In this document: piece after piece, positions 26,801 to 40,258 of the stretch
Layout of the letters: each line of letters opens with the position of its first letter
Numbering within the stretch: position 1 is the stretch's first letter
Source of the DNA: Octopus sinensis
Lineage: Eukaryota
DNA: 64,000 nucleotides
Assembly (NCBI RefSeq): GCF_006345805.1
Contig: NC_043006.1
Span: 3,720,001 to 3,784,000 of the forward strand
Direction: 5' to 3'
Made by a program: the position numbers and the translations under genes
Notes under the pieces: generated by a model
Told to the model about the DNA's origin: nothing
The model's input: only the letters and a program-made list of their open reading frames with translations
Databases searched by the model: none

Positions 26801-29800
26801 TGTTGTAACGTAATTTGTCACGTACACTAAATAAGACATCAGACATCTACTGCGAGAAAGTGTAATTTCTTTTATTTTTTCTTTCCACTACCTCTCCCTC
26901 TTTTTTATTTTACTTGTTGCATATTAATTGTTGCCCGACTTTTAAGGTAGTATTGTTCATTGTATACAACACTTTTTCTTTTCGTTGTACTAAGCATTCT
27001 TTTTTGTTGTTTTTTTTTATCAAAAATTAATATCTTTTACATTTAGGCATTACTTCCAGATATTCAGTCTGTTTTCGTTTTCTGAAGCTAGCTATACGGG
27101 GTTCAATATCTCTTGGTGTTGGCACCTCAAACATCATGGAAGACTTCCATTGAAATTACCTTTCGTTCTTCTGTATATCTCATCTTTAACTGGTTAAGGT
27201 GTCTCTTATGTTTCGAACGTTGTCCTTTAATCAAATACATCATGTTACCTAATCTTTTGATCACACAGCCACCCTCCCAACCTTCTTTACCATTTTTGTA
27301 ATTTTTAAAATGAACTTTATCTCCTACTTCGAAATGTTTTGTAATATTTCTTGTATTTCCTTCAAATGTATTTTTGTCTTTCCTTTATATGTATTTTTTC
27401 CTGGCAATAATTTATGAAAGATCGATTTTATTTTACGCGCAAACACTAACTCTGCTGCTGACTTTCCTGAATTAGTATTTGGATTTGGCGTTATTCTATA
27501 CGCTGTCAAAAATGTTGCCAGTGCCTCGTCAGTATCTAGCATTTCCGTGATTTTCTTAGAGCTCTTTTCAACGTGTCGACAAATCTTTCCGCCTGCCTGT
27601 CTGACCTCGGGTGGTAGGGCGGCGTAAAGATGTTCTTTATGGCATGTATTTTGCAGATATTTCTTAATCCATATCCCGTGAATTGTGTTCCATTATCTGA
27701 AACTAAATTGTCAGGAACACCGTATCGAGCAAATAGCTCGAGTAGGAATTTTATTGTTGTCTTTGCTGTGGGTTTATTACATCTGCACACCTCTGACCAC
27801 TTTGTATAACTATCCACAACGAATGGATAGTATGCAGCTTTCACTGGTACAGCGTAGTCGATATGTAACCTGGACCATGGGCTTTCAGTCTCCGACCACG
27901 ATTGCTTTTTTTATTGTTGGTGCTTTGGTTGCCAATGCGCAACCTCTACATGCTTCCATCAATTCCTCGATGTCCCTGTCCATAGTCGGCCAGTATACAA
28001 AGCTCCTAATTAAAGCTTTCATTCTGGACATTCCCGAGTGCCTATTGTGGAATTGTTGCAATACTCGTTTCTGTAGTGCACTACTACTTTCTGCGCGTAT
28101 TTTAAAACATTGTCGCATAGTGAGAAATTATTTCTTTCGTCTTTGTAATGTAACTAGCCTCTGCGGATTATACACAATAATTCCTACTTCATTTTCAGAC
28201 TGCAATGACGCTATCACGGGGTCTTCTAGCGGCCTCGATAAGCAGTCTGCATGACCAATTTTCTTCGACGGAATATGCTGCATCTTAAAATTGTAGTTCA
28301 GCAATAGTGTACCCTAGCGTTGTAGTCGGCTCGCTGTATGGGTAGGCGATCCCTTCTTTGATCCAAAAATTGATAGCAAAAGTCGATGGTCGGTTTGTAA
28401 CAAAGAATTTTTACCACGGAGGAATTTATAAAAATTTTTTCCGCAAAAATAATCGATACAGCTTCCTTCTCTATCTGACTATAATTTTTCCGCTGCTATC
28501 AGCGAACGTGAAGCAGGAACTATTGGCTTCATTATTCCATCTTTATACTTGTGTAGCAAGACTGCTCCTATTCCGAAGTATCAAACGCTACAACAATGTC
28601 CATTCCAGGATCCGAATTTTCTTTATGTCTTCAAATGAGGTTTGGCACTTTACTGATCGATTCCATTTTACTTCTCTTTGTAGTAAATCGTTCAATGGTG
28701 CTCTCAATTTATGTATATTTGGAATGTACTGTTGATAGTAAATTACTAGGCCAAGGAAAGCTTGTAATGTCGGTATATCCGTTGGAGGAAGCATATTCTT
28801 GATTGCGTCTGCCCTCGACGGGTCAGTACGACTTGCATTTTTATCTATGATTTGACCTAGGCATTTGATTTTAGGCCAAAAATTTCACACTTCTCTTCAC
28901 TGAGTGTGAAACCATAATCTTTAATTTTTTAAAGACACAGTTCACGTGTTCAATATGTTCATTCCGCGATTCGCTTTTGATTAAGACGTTATCAAGGTAA
29001 GGAATAGCAAATTGACAGTCTGCCAACATCGCATCGATCACCTGTTGAAATATTGCAGGTGCTACCTTCAGTTCAAAACGTAGTCTATTATATTTGTATA
29101 GTCCTCTGTGCGTGTTGGCCGTTAACAGCTTGGATCATTTTTTATCTACTTTGATTCGTAGATTTACGTCTGACAGATCGAATTTTGACAATATTTTACC
29201 CCCGTTTCATTTTGTAAAAATATCTTCTGAGGTCGCTCGTGGATGATGCTTCATTTTTAAACAGTCATTTAAATCGGTCGAAAAATCGGTACACAACCTA
29301 ATTTTGTTAGTTTTCTTTTCTGTGCATACAGTCAGCGCCATCCATTTCGCGTAATCCACTTTTTCAATAATTTCTTTTTTTTTTTTTTTCTAATCTGTCC
29401 AACTCATCGTCCTCTTGTTTTATTGCCGCAAAAGAGACTTTCTTATTAGGCTTGAACACAGGTGTAATGTTATCATCTAATTCAAAACACGCTTCAGTCT
29501 TTGTGCATAGACCTAGTTTGTCCGAGAGTTCATGCGGAAACATTTAAAAAACCTTTCTCTTTAACTCTTCAGAAGAATTATTTTCAGACGGACAACCATT
29601 TATGTTTTTACAATAGAGATTTATGGGCAGATTTCACTGTTTTTCTCAACATAGATCTCCCTATTTTCTTCTATGTTTCCATATTTATTATTGAAATATC
29701 ACTTCTAGTATCCAATTGAAGTTTAATATGTATTCCATTTATTTTTGCACCAACGAAATTTCTTATTTGGGAGTCGATTTTTGTTTCTGCTGAGAGCACT

Positions 29801-30989
29801 CAAATATTTTTAACGTTTGACTTCCGTAATTTTGTTCTGCAGTGAGGATTCTTGCGACCAATTCTTTTGCAACTGTAACATTTTTCTGGAATTTATGCCC
29901 CCACATCCATCACGTGGATTAGGACGCGGCACTCTTTTTGGTTGTACATTTTTGGTCGGCATATCTTTATTTTTGAGGGATCCTTTTCTTGAATTTTTCT
30001 ACATTGCGTTTCAGGTTTAACATCCTTTGGCATTCTTCTGCCACGGACTGTAAGACTGAATCTTGCTTCGCTTGTTCCAATTCAGAAACGAATTCTTACC
30101 TGAATTTCTGTATCTTCGCTTGCTGTAAGGCCTTGTACGAAAATAAGACACTTGACCATTTCAGGGGTAAGATTTTTGAGTTTAAAACTTTCACACATTC
30201 TGTTGACTGTTCCTGTGTATGTGATAAAATCACTACTCTCTTTCGTTATATTCCAACACTCCATTCGAGTGTTAAATACAGAAGTTTATCACAGAATATT
30301 TTAGACAGTAATTCCATTGTCTCCTTAAACAAATTTCTTTGTGAGGTAGGGGTGGGATATGAATTTAGAGTAACATTCATGCTCATGCGGAGCTAATTTT
30401 CGCAATAAAAAAATATCCCTTTTTGTTCGTCTGACCATTATTTGCAGTCTTGCTTTAAAATCTCCACAAACCTTCTGTAGTACGATGCAAAAGTTATAAC
30501 CTTCTCTGTGTTATAACTGAATTCATTAATCGAGTTCGAAACGCCGTCTGGTGAAAACTAACTTCCCTAATTTTTGAACTTCTTTGAATATCGCTCGAAT
30601 AATTGTTGTTGTAGTTGTTGCTCCATAACTTGCTTCTGCAACTCCTGTTGCTTTTGCAACTGTACGAAGGAGACTAATAGGTCTTCCATTGTTTAACAAG
30701 TTGCATCACAATTTGTTAAATAGCCTACGGGAGCTTCGAAACCTACGTCGGCAGATGTAAAGTAATTTGTTCTGTACAATAAATAAGATAACCAGACAAC
30801 AGTAATTAACAATGTAACGAAATAACAAATCTCTTTACAAACCAACAATCAATATCCCTTTTCAAATGACCAAACTTCCGACTTCACTGCGAACTAACAC
30901 GAACATCATCCATCTCCGAACTCTGAAACTCGAACTCACTCGAACCAGTCTCTTTCTTGCAAGGGAGTGTCGTAACTGTCATCACAACA
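26801..30989 (-). mobile_element. Decayed Gypsy LTR retrotransposon (Mag-type), gag-PR-RT-RH-IN
   Basis: Termini TGTTGT...ACAACA with TSD ggtac/ggaac. Motifs: gag (KCLIFVQGL), CCHC remnants ~29835-29900, protease LDTRSD ~29705, RT YLDN ~28990, RNase H YSQIEKE/TDH/HADCLSR, integrase SDNGTQF/GQAER-like. Polypurine tract ~26890 and PBS-like tgccgacg ~30745. Confidence 0.9.
30754..30989 (-). repeat. 5' LTR of the Gypsy element (3' LTR ~26801-26889 is internally deleted)
   Basis: tgtaaagtaatttgttctgtacaataaataag matches tgtaacgtaatttgtcacgtacactaaataag at 26804. Confidence 0.6.
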
Positions 30990-31085
30990 GGAACCCATTT
31001 ACAGCAGATTCTACTCAAAACACAACATACTGCCGGTCTGCGAGCCGAAACAACTATCTTGCGATCGTGAGTTCAACACCCTAAC
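30990..31085 (-). mobile_element. 5' half of a type C SINE split by the Gypsy insertion (3' half ~26705-26800)
   Basis: Joining the flanks restores ...ctgtaaatgggtaccccagcgacggactag..., as in type C copies. Confidence 0.65.
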
Positions 31086-31189
31086 TACAAGACAATGAAA
31101 CACACACACACACACACATACACACACATACATACACACACACACACACACATACACACACACATACACACACACATACACACACACAT

Positions 31190-31225
<36 letters not shown>

Positions 31226-31554
31226 GTAAAGTAGATAAATGGTACAAGGCACCAATATTTACTGGAAAATAGCAATCGTAATAAATACGACGCTATTGTA
31301 TAGCTTCACTGCGTATATACTAACAAAGACGCGTGTGTGCAACAAACATGAAAAAAAATTGTCTTACCTCTAGGAAGAACATTCGATAAATGGACAACCT
31401 AGAATCGGATAATGCAGGACCGGTTTCTGACTCTTCAAATACGTTTGACAACGTAAATTTGATTAGTCTTCATCAGTTGCATATACCTAGACAAAATTTC
31501 AAATGTTGCCACATTAATACCAGTACACTCGTCTGAACGCCAAAACGTTAACAG

Positions 31555-31555
31555 A

Positions 31556-31631
<76 letters not shown>

Positions 31632-32210
31632 CATACATACATACATACATACATACATACATACATACATACATACATACATACAACATACATACATACA
31701 TACATACATACATACATACATACAACATACATACATACATACATACATATGTATGTATGTATGTATGCATGTATGTATGTATGTATGTATGTGTGTATAC
31801 GTAGAGTTGTAAATATATGTGAGAGTGTGTATGTGCAAAAGAAAGCCGATTTGACGTCAAAGACCATACAACCATGTCACCTAGACAGCAGCAATGATAG
31901 GGGCGGAAGGGTAGGTTTCAGGGGTGGGGGAGGCACACGGGGTAACGTGACTGTAATTGCCCAACAACTGGCAAACAATGGGTTCGTTCAGTCATATTCT
32001 TAATGCAGCCATCAGTGAAAGCAATGTCAAAAGACAGGAGAAATGTGTCACATCACATGATTGGCTCACATACACACACACACACACATCCACATTCGCA
32101 CAATCACACAGTCACACACATATATACATGCATATGTATATAATATATATAGATATATAAATGTATATATGCATGTATATGTATGTATATGTATATACAC
32201 ACACACACAC

Positions 32211-32274
<64 letters not shown>

Positions 32275-32305
32275 ATATATTATATATATATATGTATACA
32301 TATGT

Positions 32306-32353
<48 letters not shown>

Positions 32354-32430
32354 AACTATATATATATGCATATATAGACATACACACACACATGTATATA
32401 TAGAAACATATATATATACATGCATATATG
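31555..32430. repeat. (TA)n/(TACA)n microsatellite blocks
   Basis: Direct reading. Confidence 0.9.
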
Positions 32431-32738
32431 TGTTGGTGTTGTTATCTGTACGGATTATTATTATTATTGTCATTCTCCCTTTCTACTTTCTTACATTGCT
32501 TGCGGCACTTTCATACCAATGAAATACCGTGGAAGCCGGATGTCTGTCTGAATGTACGTCTGTCCCATTGTTTCCTGTCTCTTTTCACTGGTTGTACACG
32601 TTGCCGGCTGGCTGGCCGGTCGGTCGGTAGGTCGGTCGGTCGCTTGGTGGGTTCGATGGCTGGTTGGTCGGAGTGTTAGATGGCTGTGTTTGTTTTGATG
32701 TACGAATTTGCATCATTCAACGTGCTCATAAGTGTATG

Positions 32739-32772
<34 letters not shown>

Positions 32773-32826
32773 ACTCCCTCTTTTACTTGTTTCAGTCATT
32801 TGACTGCGGCCATGCAAGAGCACCGT

Positions 32827-32876
<50 letters not shown>

Positions 32877-33053
32877 TATATGGTGCTGCTATTAAGTTAG
32901 ACCTGGCCTGGACCAATCTTTGGTCGAAACATATCTAAGTTTATATATATATATATATATATGCATACATATATATACATATATACATACATACATATAT
33001 ATATATATATTATATATATATACATATCATTGATATATTGACCTATTTATCAC

Positions 33054-33091
<38 letters not shown>

Positions 33092-33567
33092 GCACAGACA
33101 GTCATACGGGCATACATTTATATACATAGCTACACATACACATACAAGTTTGTAATTACATGTGCATGGCTGCATGTATGTTTGTGCGCTTATGCGAGTG
33201 TAGGTATGTATATGTATGCGTATGTCTGTTTCTGTGCATGTGTGTGTGTGTGTGCGTGTGTGTAACTTTATACCCTACTATTAACTCCTCACCTCCCAAC
33301 TTTAATATAGAAGCCGTCCCGACTTAACATCCGTATTTAACTGCATCTAAAAGATAATTAATTGCTTTTTTCTCTTTTATTATTATCATTATCTTTAAGG
33401 CTGTGTTAAGCTAGTTTTAGTGGTGCGTCGAACAAACTGCATAAGGGCATTTCTTCCAGTTTTACGTTCTGAATTCATATATCACCAAGGTCGATTTTGA
33501 CTTTTCTCGTTTCGAGGTCGGTAAGTACCAGCTGCCAATCAGAAAGAATTATTATCCTTATTTTGGA

Positions 33568-33770
33568 GGTACGTGGCTTAGAGGTAAGGTGTTGCACTCA
33601 TGACCGTAAGATTGCGGTTTCGATTCCAGAACCATTCGATGCAATGCATTTCCGATATGTATTTTATTTCACGTTGCTCCAGTCCACTTAGCTTGCAGAA
33701 GGAGTAATCCTTTGATGGACTGGCGTCTTAGGAAACCGGCCTTATGAGCCTATGGTACGAGATGGGCCAG
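33568..33770 (+). mobile_element. SINE type C2, decayed
   Basis: tRNA-like head plus tttcacgttgctccagtccact core, and tail as at 58533. Confidence 0.65.
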
Positions 33771-34294
33771 AATCTATTGTGTGCGTCGAACACAATGTCT
33801 CGTTCTGGCTGTTTACGATCGAACCGAGGTTATTCTCACCTTTTATCTTTTCGAAGTCGATGAAATGAACTATCCATCAAGACCTGGGGTCAAAGTTATC
33901 AACTGAGACGCTCTCGTGCAAATTGCTAGCCTGGGGATTCAACGAGAAACCATTATGAAAAGCTACGAGCAGGCAGAATAGTTAGAATTTGGGTAAAATG
34001 CTCCATGGTATATATTCCATTTTCTTGACCATCTGACTTCAACTTCAGACAATGTCAACATTGCCTTTCATTCTTTGCGTGCGATAAAGCAAAACGTCTC
34101 TTTTATGTACTGTAATTTATTAATCCTTCCGCTTATAGACAGCTGGTTGTGAGCCTCAATTACGAATTGTAATAATAATAATGATAATAATATTAATAAC
34201 AATAATAACAACGACAACAATAATAATAATAGTAGTAATAATAATAATGATGATGATGATGATGATAATTATTGTTATTATTATTATTATTATT

Positions 34295-34980
34295 CTATGT
34301 TTGACTTTTGCTTTATATTTGTACAAGTTGGCTCCAAGTCTCACCCAGAGACCTCAAGAGACAACAGGGTTGGAAGTTCATGTTGTTGTTATGCCTAGTG
34401 TGCCATATATTTGGGGGGTGGGGATGTTGTACTAATGAATGTCTAAAAAAAAAAGTTTTTTTTTTTTTTTTTTTAAACCGAAAATTATGGTTGTTTTAAA
34501 CCTTGAGGTTACATAGAGAGTATTTTGCGTAGGATATGAGCAGTTCCCATGAGCACTATCTTTTGAACTTCTGCCATTTTGGGTTTCCTGGTATCTGAGT
34601 TAGGTAGCTATCAGCCCCTTTTGCTATCATTCCCAGGGCACCTATGACAACAGGTATTGTTTTAGTCTTCAGCTTCCACATTTTGCTGATTTCTATTTCA
34701 AGATCTTTATATTTGCTCAGTTTTTGGTAGGTCCTGACAGATACGTTTATATCGATTGGGACAGTCATATCAATGAGGAGGCATGTTCTTTGTTTGAAGT
34801 CTTTCAATATGATGTCTGGCCTATTTGCATCTATCTTCCTGTCAGTTTGAATGGTGAAGTTCCAGAGGAGTGAGATGTGGTCATTTTCAAGCACTGGGGG
34901 TGGTTTGTGTTCCCACCAGTTTTTTTCATGGGGCAAATCCAGGTTTTTACAGATTACCCAGTGTTATTTACAGATTACCC

Positions 34981-34987
<7 letters not shown>
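34295..34987 (-). mobile_element. R4/Dong LINE subfamily A, 3' fragment with REL endonuclease
   Basis: ORF 34556-34936 has LWNFTIQTDRKIDANRPDII, IDMTVP, KLSKYKDL and PVVIGALG. The 3' UTR matches 2670-2860. TAA repeats flank both sides on the minus strand. Confidence 0.9.
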
Positions 34988-35037
<50 letters not shown>

Positions 35038-35507
35038 GAGTGACAGAGCAGAGCCTGCCATCAAAGTGGCACTGGAGTAAAATATACGAAGCCCAGTATA
35101 CGCATCATGACTACCCGTCTGATAAGGGTATACTAGGCACATGCATTACACCCACATGTGCGTGACATGGTGATCTCTCATCAAGATAAACAACGGTTGA
35201 TCTTGCAGATGGGGGCCCAATTAGAATTGTCATCAGGTCGAATAACTCATCCCGCTCAACGCTGAATACGGGTTGTTAAAGAGTGTTGAACGAAACACCC
35301 ATGTTTCCAGAGGTGAATTATTCAAACCCCAAATAATCCTTCTCAACACCTGCCTAAGATGCTCCCCAACTACTTCTGCTTGTGATCAGAGATGCACATA
35401 TCATCAGCCACTAAGGGACATGCTCAACTGGTTAAGGTCAAACAAGTGACAAGCAAATCTGCCGTATTGAGCAGAACATTTGCTGTAGACCATCTTTTAT
35501 ACCAAGA
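35038..35507 (-). mobile_element. Element X copy 3
   Basis: Reverse-complement homologue of ~140-613, flanked by (TTA)n. Confidence 0.8.
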
Positions 35508-35542
35508 TAAAATTTATTATTATTATTATTATTATTATTAAA

Positions 35543-35760
35543 GGCGATGAGCTGGCAGAATCGATAGAACGCTGGACGAAATGCTTAGCAGTATTTCACC
35601 CGCCCCTCTGTTCTGAGTTCAAATTCCGGCGAGGTCGACTTTGCTTTTCATCTTTTCGGAGCCAATGAAATAAGTACCAGTTAAACACAGGGGTCGATGT
35701 AATCGACTCATCCTCTCCTCCAAAATCGCTGTCCTTGTGGCAAAACCTGAAACCATTAAT
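35543..35760 (+). mobile_element. SINE type B
   Basis: gagctggcagaatcg...gagttcaaattcc...ggggtcgatgtaatcgac. Confidence 0.85.
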
Positions 35761-35797
35761 AGTAGTAGTAGTAGTAGTAGTAGTATCATTATTATTA

Positions 35798-36605
35798 TAC
35801 ATACAATAATTAGATTAGACTGTTGGAAAAGAAAATATCCTAACATCGGGCCGGAACAAGTAACCTTAGATGCCAAGAACCCTCCAAAATATCCTACCTG
35901 TCCTTAATAACACTGATTTCTGGAGCTGTACAAAACTGCGTTTTATGCCTTTTTCTTCTATACATCTTTTCAAATCTTTAAGGATAGTCCCTAATGCACT
36001 TATAACTGCTGGGGTACATTTTACCCGCCCTTTCCATAGTCTCTGTAATTGAGTGGTCAGGTCCTGATACTTTGCTATTTTTCTACACTTTCATATTAAT
36101 TTTTACATCCTTTGGGACTGTAAAGTCGCTTATCTGGCACTTTCTATTCTCTTTATCTACTACTACCAAATCAGGCCTTCTAGCTTCTATTACACTGTCA
36201 GTCTGAATATTAAAGTCCCATACTTTTCTTACTTTCTAGTACTTTACTAGGTTCATGTTCATACCATTTATCAGTAGCTTTCTACATAACCCCCCAGTGG
36301 ATTACTCTGCCTAGATTGTCATGTCTTTCCTTATATTCTTTCTGTGCCAGCATGCTACATTCACTTACTATATGAGTAACGCTTTCCTCTTTTGATTTGC
36401 ATAATATCTACATTGAAAATCTATTTGGCTATCTTAGCTTTCATCAAATTAGTCTTTAATGTTTGATCTTATGCTGCTACTAACACACTTCCTGTCTCCT
36501 TTTTCAGCCTTCCTTTCTGCAACTATAACCATGTCTCACTACTACTATTTACTGCAACTATCTTTGGGAATCTACCATGCAAAGCCTTCTCCTGCCAATA
36601 TGACA
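35798..36605 (-). mobile_element. R4/Dong LINE subfamily B, decayed 3' fragment
   Basis: Broken frames give WQEKALHGRFP, ESVTHIVSECSMLAQKEYKERHDN, WDFNIQTD, RRPDLVV, KIAKYQDL and QLQKSVLL, followed by a (TAA)n tail. Confidence 0.85.
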
Positions 36606-36639
36606 TCTACCTTTACATTGTAACAGAGAGAGAAATATG

Positions 36640-36732
36640 ACAGACAGACAGACAGATAGATGGATGGATAAATAGATAGATAGAAAGATAGTTAGCTAGC
36701 TAGCTAGCTAGATAGATAGATAGATAGGTAGG

Positions 36733-36767
<35 letters not shown>

Positions 36768-36868
36768 GTAGGTAGATATATAGATAGATAGGTAGATATA
36801 TAGATAGATAGATAGATATATATATATATATATATATATATAGATAGATAGATAGATAGATAGGTAGG

Positions 36869-36899
<31 letters not shown>

Positions 36900-36900
36900 G
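36640..36900. repeat. (GATA)n/(GGTA)n array
   Basis: Direct reading. Confidence 0.95.
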
Positions 36901-37945
36901 TTTCTTTATTGGCCACACAGGGCTGCACACAGATGGGACAAGTTACAAGGTAGAGCTTTTCTTTTGGGGGATGAAAAAAACAAAAGCAACAAAAAAAGGG
37001 GTGGCGTAGGTTTTCGATCAAGAGGGATCGTAAAAGGGAAAAAAAGAACAAAAAATAAAATAAAAAATAAAAAAATAAAAATAAAAGAAAAGAAGAAAAG
37101 GAAAAGTAACAAAAGAAAGGAGAAATGAAAAAAGAAGAAAAAAGGGGGGAAAGGGGAAGAGGAAAAAAAACGATCAATAGGGATCGTGTATCACAGTGTT
37201 ATGATATATGGTGTAAAGGGGAAAGCAAGTAAGGTTTATCCATGGGAAGAAAAGCCTACGAAAAAGACCACGGTAACCTTGGTCAATATTGTTATATGTT
37301 ACCACATTTGTTTGCAAGTGGGTAACCCTCAGTTTTCAATTTCTGGGTTCATAGGATTATGCTCAAGGTGGCTTCGTCATTCATACGTGCCATCCTTGCT
37401 ACATTCACCCATCTTTTTTAAAAACATTCGCTAGACAAAACTTGCCTTTCTACTCTCACTTTCCTTTTCAAGTGGTACTTGAAGAAGTTGATGAGAGAAT
37501 GACCAGAGAGGAAAGTGTTTGTCTCCAATCCTTTCAGACGCGTCCACCAGATACATTCTTTCGCCATAGCCACAAGGATTATGAAAATAGCTCTTCCTTC
37601 CCGTTTGAAGGAAGGAGGCGTGACTATTGACGATAGACTCAGCTGATAAACCGACTCGTCCCACACGCGATAGCAATTGTTCGACATAAGCCCACAGGTC
37701 GGAAATTGTTGGACACTGCACGAGTGCGTGCAGAACGGTTTCGTCGCTCTGACCGCATCTCGGGCAGGTCGGCCCCGTGTTTCTCGAGCCGTGTCTGTAG
37801 AGCTTATCCCGAACGGGTAGCGCTTCTCGGTAGCACCGCCAGGCCAGGGATCTCTGGAAGTTGTCCATGGGCCCTGGCCCGAAAGTCGTCCCGAACAGGC
37901 GGGTCAGGTACTCCTCGTCGACGTCCAGGTTCATCCCTCTGATGC
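36901..37945 (-). mobile_element. L1/Tx1-clade LINE 3' end (zf-RVT, 3' UTR, AATAAA)
   Basis: ORF 37431-37934 has SLAWRCYREALPVR and CPRCGQSDETVLHALVQC. AATAAA at 36905-36910 is followed directly by (TATC)n. Confidence 0.85.
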
Positions 37946-38494
37946 TAATAAAATAAAGATTCAGTCAAGTACTGGAATCGATGTAATTCACTTGCACACC
38001 GCTCCCACTCAAAACTGTTGGCCTTATGCCAACATTAGAAAGAATTATTCCCTGATTAACGAAAGAGGCAGCACATAGATATTCAAAAAATATTTAGCTT
38101 ATTTCATTTTCTTTATGCAACTTATGTCAGATATGTGCCTAAGTAGTGTTTATTCACCGTATTTATTCATTTTATTTGTATATCTATTTATTTATTTATT
38201 GTTGAAGTTATACGAGTTTGCTATATTTGTGGTCGTTGCTGATTGATTGTTCCCTACAACCTCGGAATTCATGAAGTATACGACACGATTGAAGCAGACG
38301 ACAACGACAAAATCAGACGACAGCGACAAAAGCTGGCGACAGCCAGAAATAAAGGTGTGGTTTGTATGTAACAGTGACTATATCCGTTTCGAAAATCCCA
38401 CCGGAAGTTCCTGTCATGATCAATCCAGATAAAACTATTTTCTCAGCTTGAATATTCAAGTTCAATTTCTTTCCATCATGTTTATATTGCAGCA

Positions 38495-38672
38495 CGCCAG
38501 GGGAAATGCTTAGTGGTATTTCGTCTGCCGTTACGTTCTGAGTTCAAATTCCGCCGAGGTCGACTTTGCCTTTCATCTTTTCGGGGTCGATAAATTAAGA
38601 ACTAGTTGCGTACTGGAGTCAATCTAATCGACTGGCCCCCTTCCCCAAAATCTGTGCCTAGAGTAGAAAAGA
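38495..38672 (+). mobile_element. SINE type B
   Basis: Near-identical to 25445-25580. Confidence 0.85.
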
Positions 38673-38819
38673 ATATGTTTACATTGTTCAAGCTATCTTT
38701 AACTTGCTTCAGTCATTTGATGGGGCACCATTTTCAATAATTTTTAGACAAGTGAATCGACCCCAGTAAATAGAGAAAAGAGCATAGAGCTAACTGACAA
38801 ATCTTTCCTCACTAATCGT

Positions 38820-39200
38820 ATATCTTTTATTCTTTACTTATTCCAGTCATTGGACTGTGCCCATAGTGGGACACTGCACTCAAGGGATTGGTCAAAGAAA
38901 TCGGCCCCAATACTTTTTGGGTTTTTTCGTAAGCCTGAAACTTATATCGGTCCCTTAGTTACAGAGACGTAAATATTCCAACATCAGTTGTTAAGCGATG
39001 GTGAGATACAACGAGAGGTATAAAGTCATACACAGGTAAATATATATATATATTTATATACGACAGGCTTCTTTCAGTTTCCGTCTACTACATCCACTTA
39101 CATGTCTTTGGCCGGCCCGAGGCTATAGTAGAAGAAACTTGCCCAAGGTGACACACACTGGGATCAAACCCGGAAGCAAGCTTCTTACCACACAGCCACG
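38820..39200 (-). mobile_element. SINE type A
   Basis: Reverse-complement match to the type A head and tail. Confidence 0.75.
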
Positions 39201-39230
39201 TCTACCCCTGTATATGCATTTACTCACACG

Positions 39231-39262
<32 letters not shown>

Positions 39263-39431
39263 CACACATGCTCACACTTATCTTCATATGCATACACACA
39301 CATATAATTGTATGCTTTGGTGAAATACATATTACCAGAATAATTTGACTTAAGGTCCGGTTAACTATTCCACTCCTACATCTTTGTTCTAGGTGCGTAT
39401 ATATATGTGTGTGTGTGTATGTGTGCGTGTA

Positions 39432-39462
<31 letters not shown>

Positions 39463-39473
39463 ATGTTTGTATG

Positions 39474-39506
<33 letters not shown>

Positions 39507-39720
39507 GTAGGATCAAGAGAACGAGGTGTATGAAGAAAGTTAGCTTCGAGCAATCCGTAGTCAATATAAAAAAAAACAACTTCCAGGAACAACAGTGGTT
39601 TATTGAGACAGAAGGTTTCGGATTTTTTTCCCTTTATCGTAGGATGATGAGCTGAAAAAATGTTCTTTTTATATTCCACGGTAGGCAATAAGGGTTGCTG
39701 GCTGTGCGAAAAAGAATGCA

Positions 39721-40098
39721 AGTGTTATGGAACTGGAATATGGAAAATCCGGGCTACATATGTTTCAAAGCGAGTGGAACCTCAGAATTGGTAAAATCCA
39801 AGTGAAGTGTATACCACCGGCTACTCTTGGGGGCGCAGGATATCTTGATTAGATTAAAGTTTACATTGTCGCAAAGAGGTACATGTTGACGCAAAATGGA
39901 TTCAATCGGGATGTGTGGAGTCTGAGTGAATCCTCTTCGCGTCTACATGTACATGTAGAATTTAATCTAATAAAGATATCCTTGGCCTGAAGAGTAGCCA
40001 GCGGTGTACACCTCACTTGGATTTTACATACTTCTGAGGTTCCACTCACTATGAAACATATGTAGCTTGGATTTTCCATACTCCAATTCCGTAACTCC
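39721..40098. repeat. Foldback/MITE-like element with ~140-bp inverted arms
   Basis: 39721-39860 is the reverse complement of 39959-40098 with scattered mismatches. Spacer is ~98 bp. Confidence 0.85.
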
Positions 40099-40223
40099 TA
40101 TATATATATATTTCAATAGGTGAATGAATTATCCTATGTTTATCGTCAGCATGGAAAATTCGTTGAACCGATACCAGGGTAGCAAATTAACATCTTCGTT
40201 CGACTCCATTCTTTCATTTATTC

Positions 40224-40258
<35 letters not shown>

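Noticed and set aside
31368-31486. Minus-strand exon candidate beginning VYATDED (cadherin-like motif) with a strong GTAAGA donor
   Set aside because: All three frames contain stops. It could only be non-coding, and there is no supporting evidence.
20340-37945. The two Tx1 fragments as one element split by insertions
   Set aside because: On the minus strand the 3' end comes before the RT piece, so they are not colinear.
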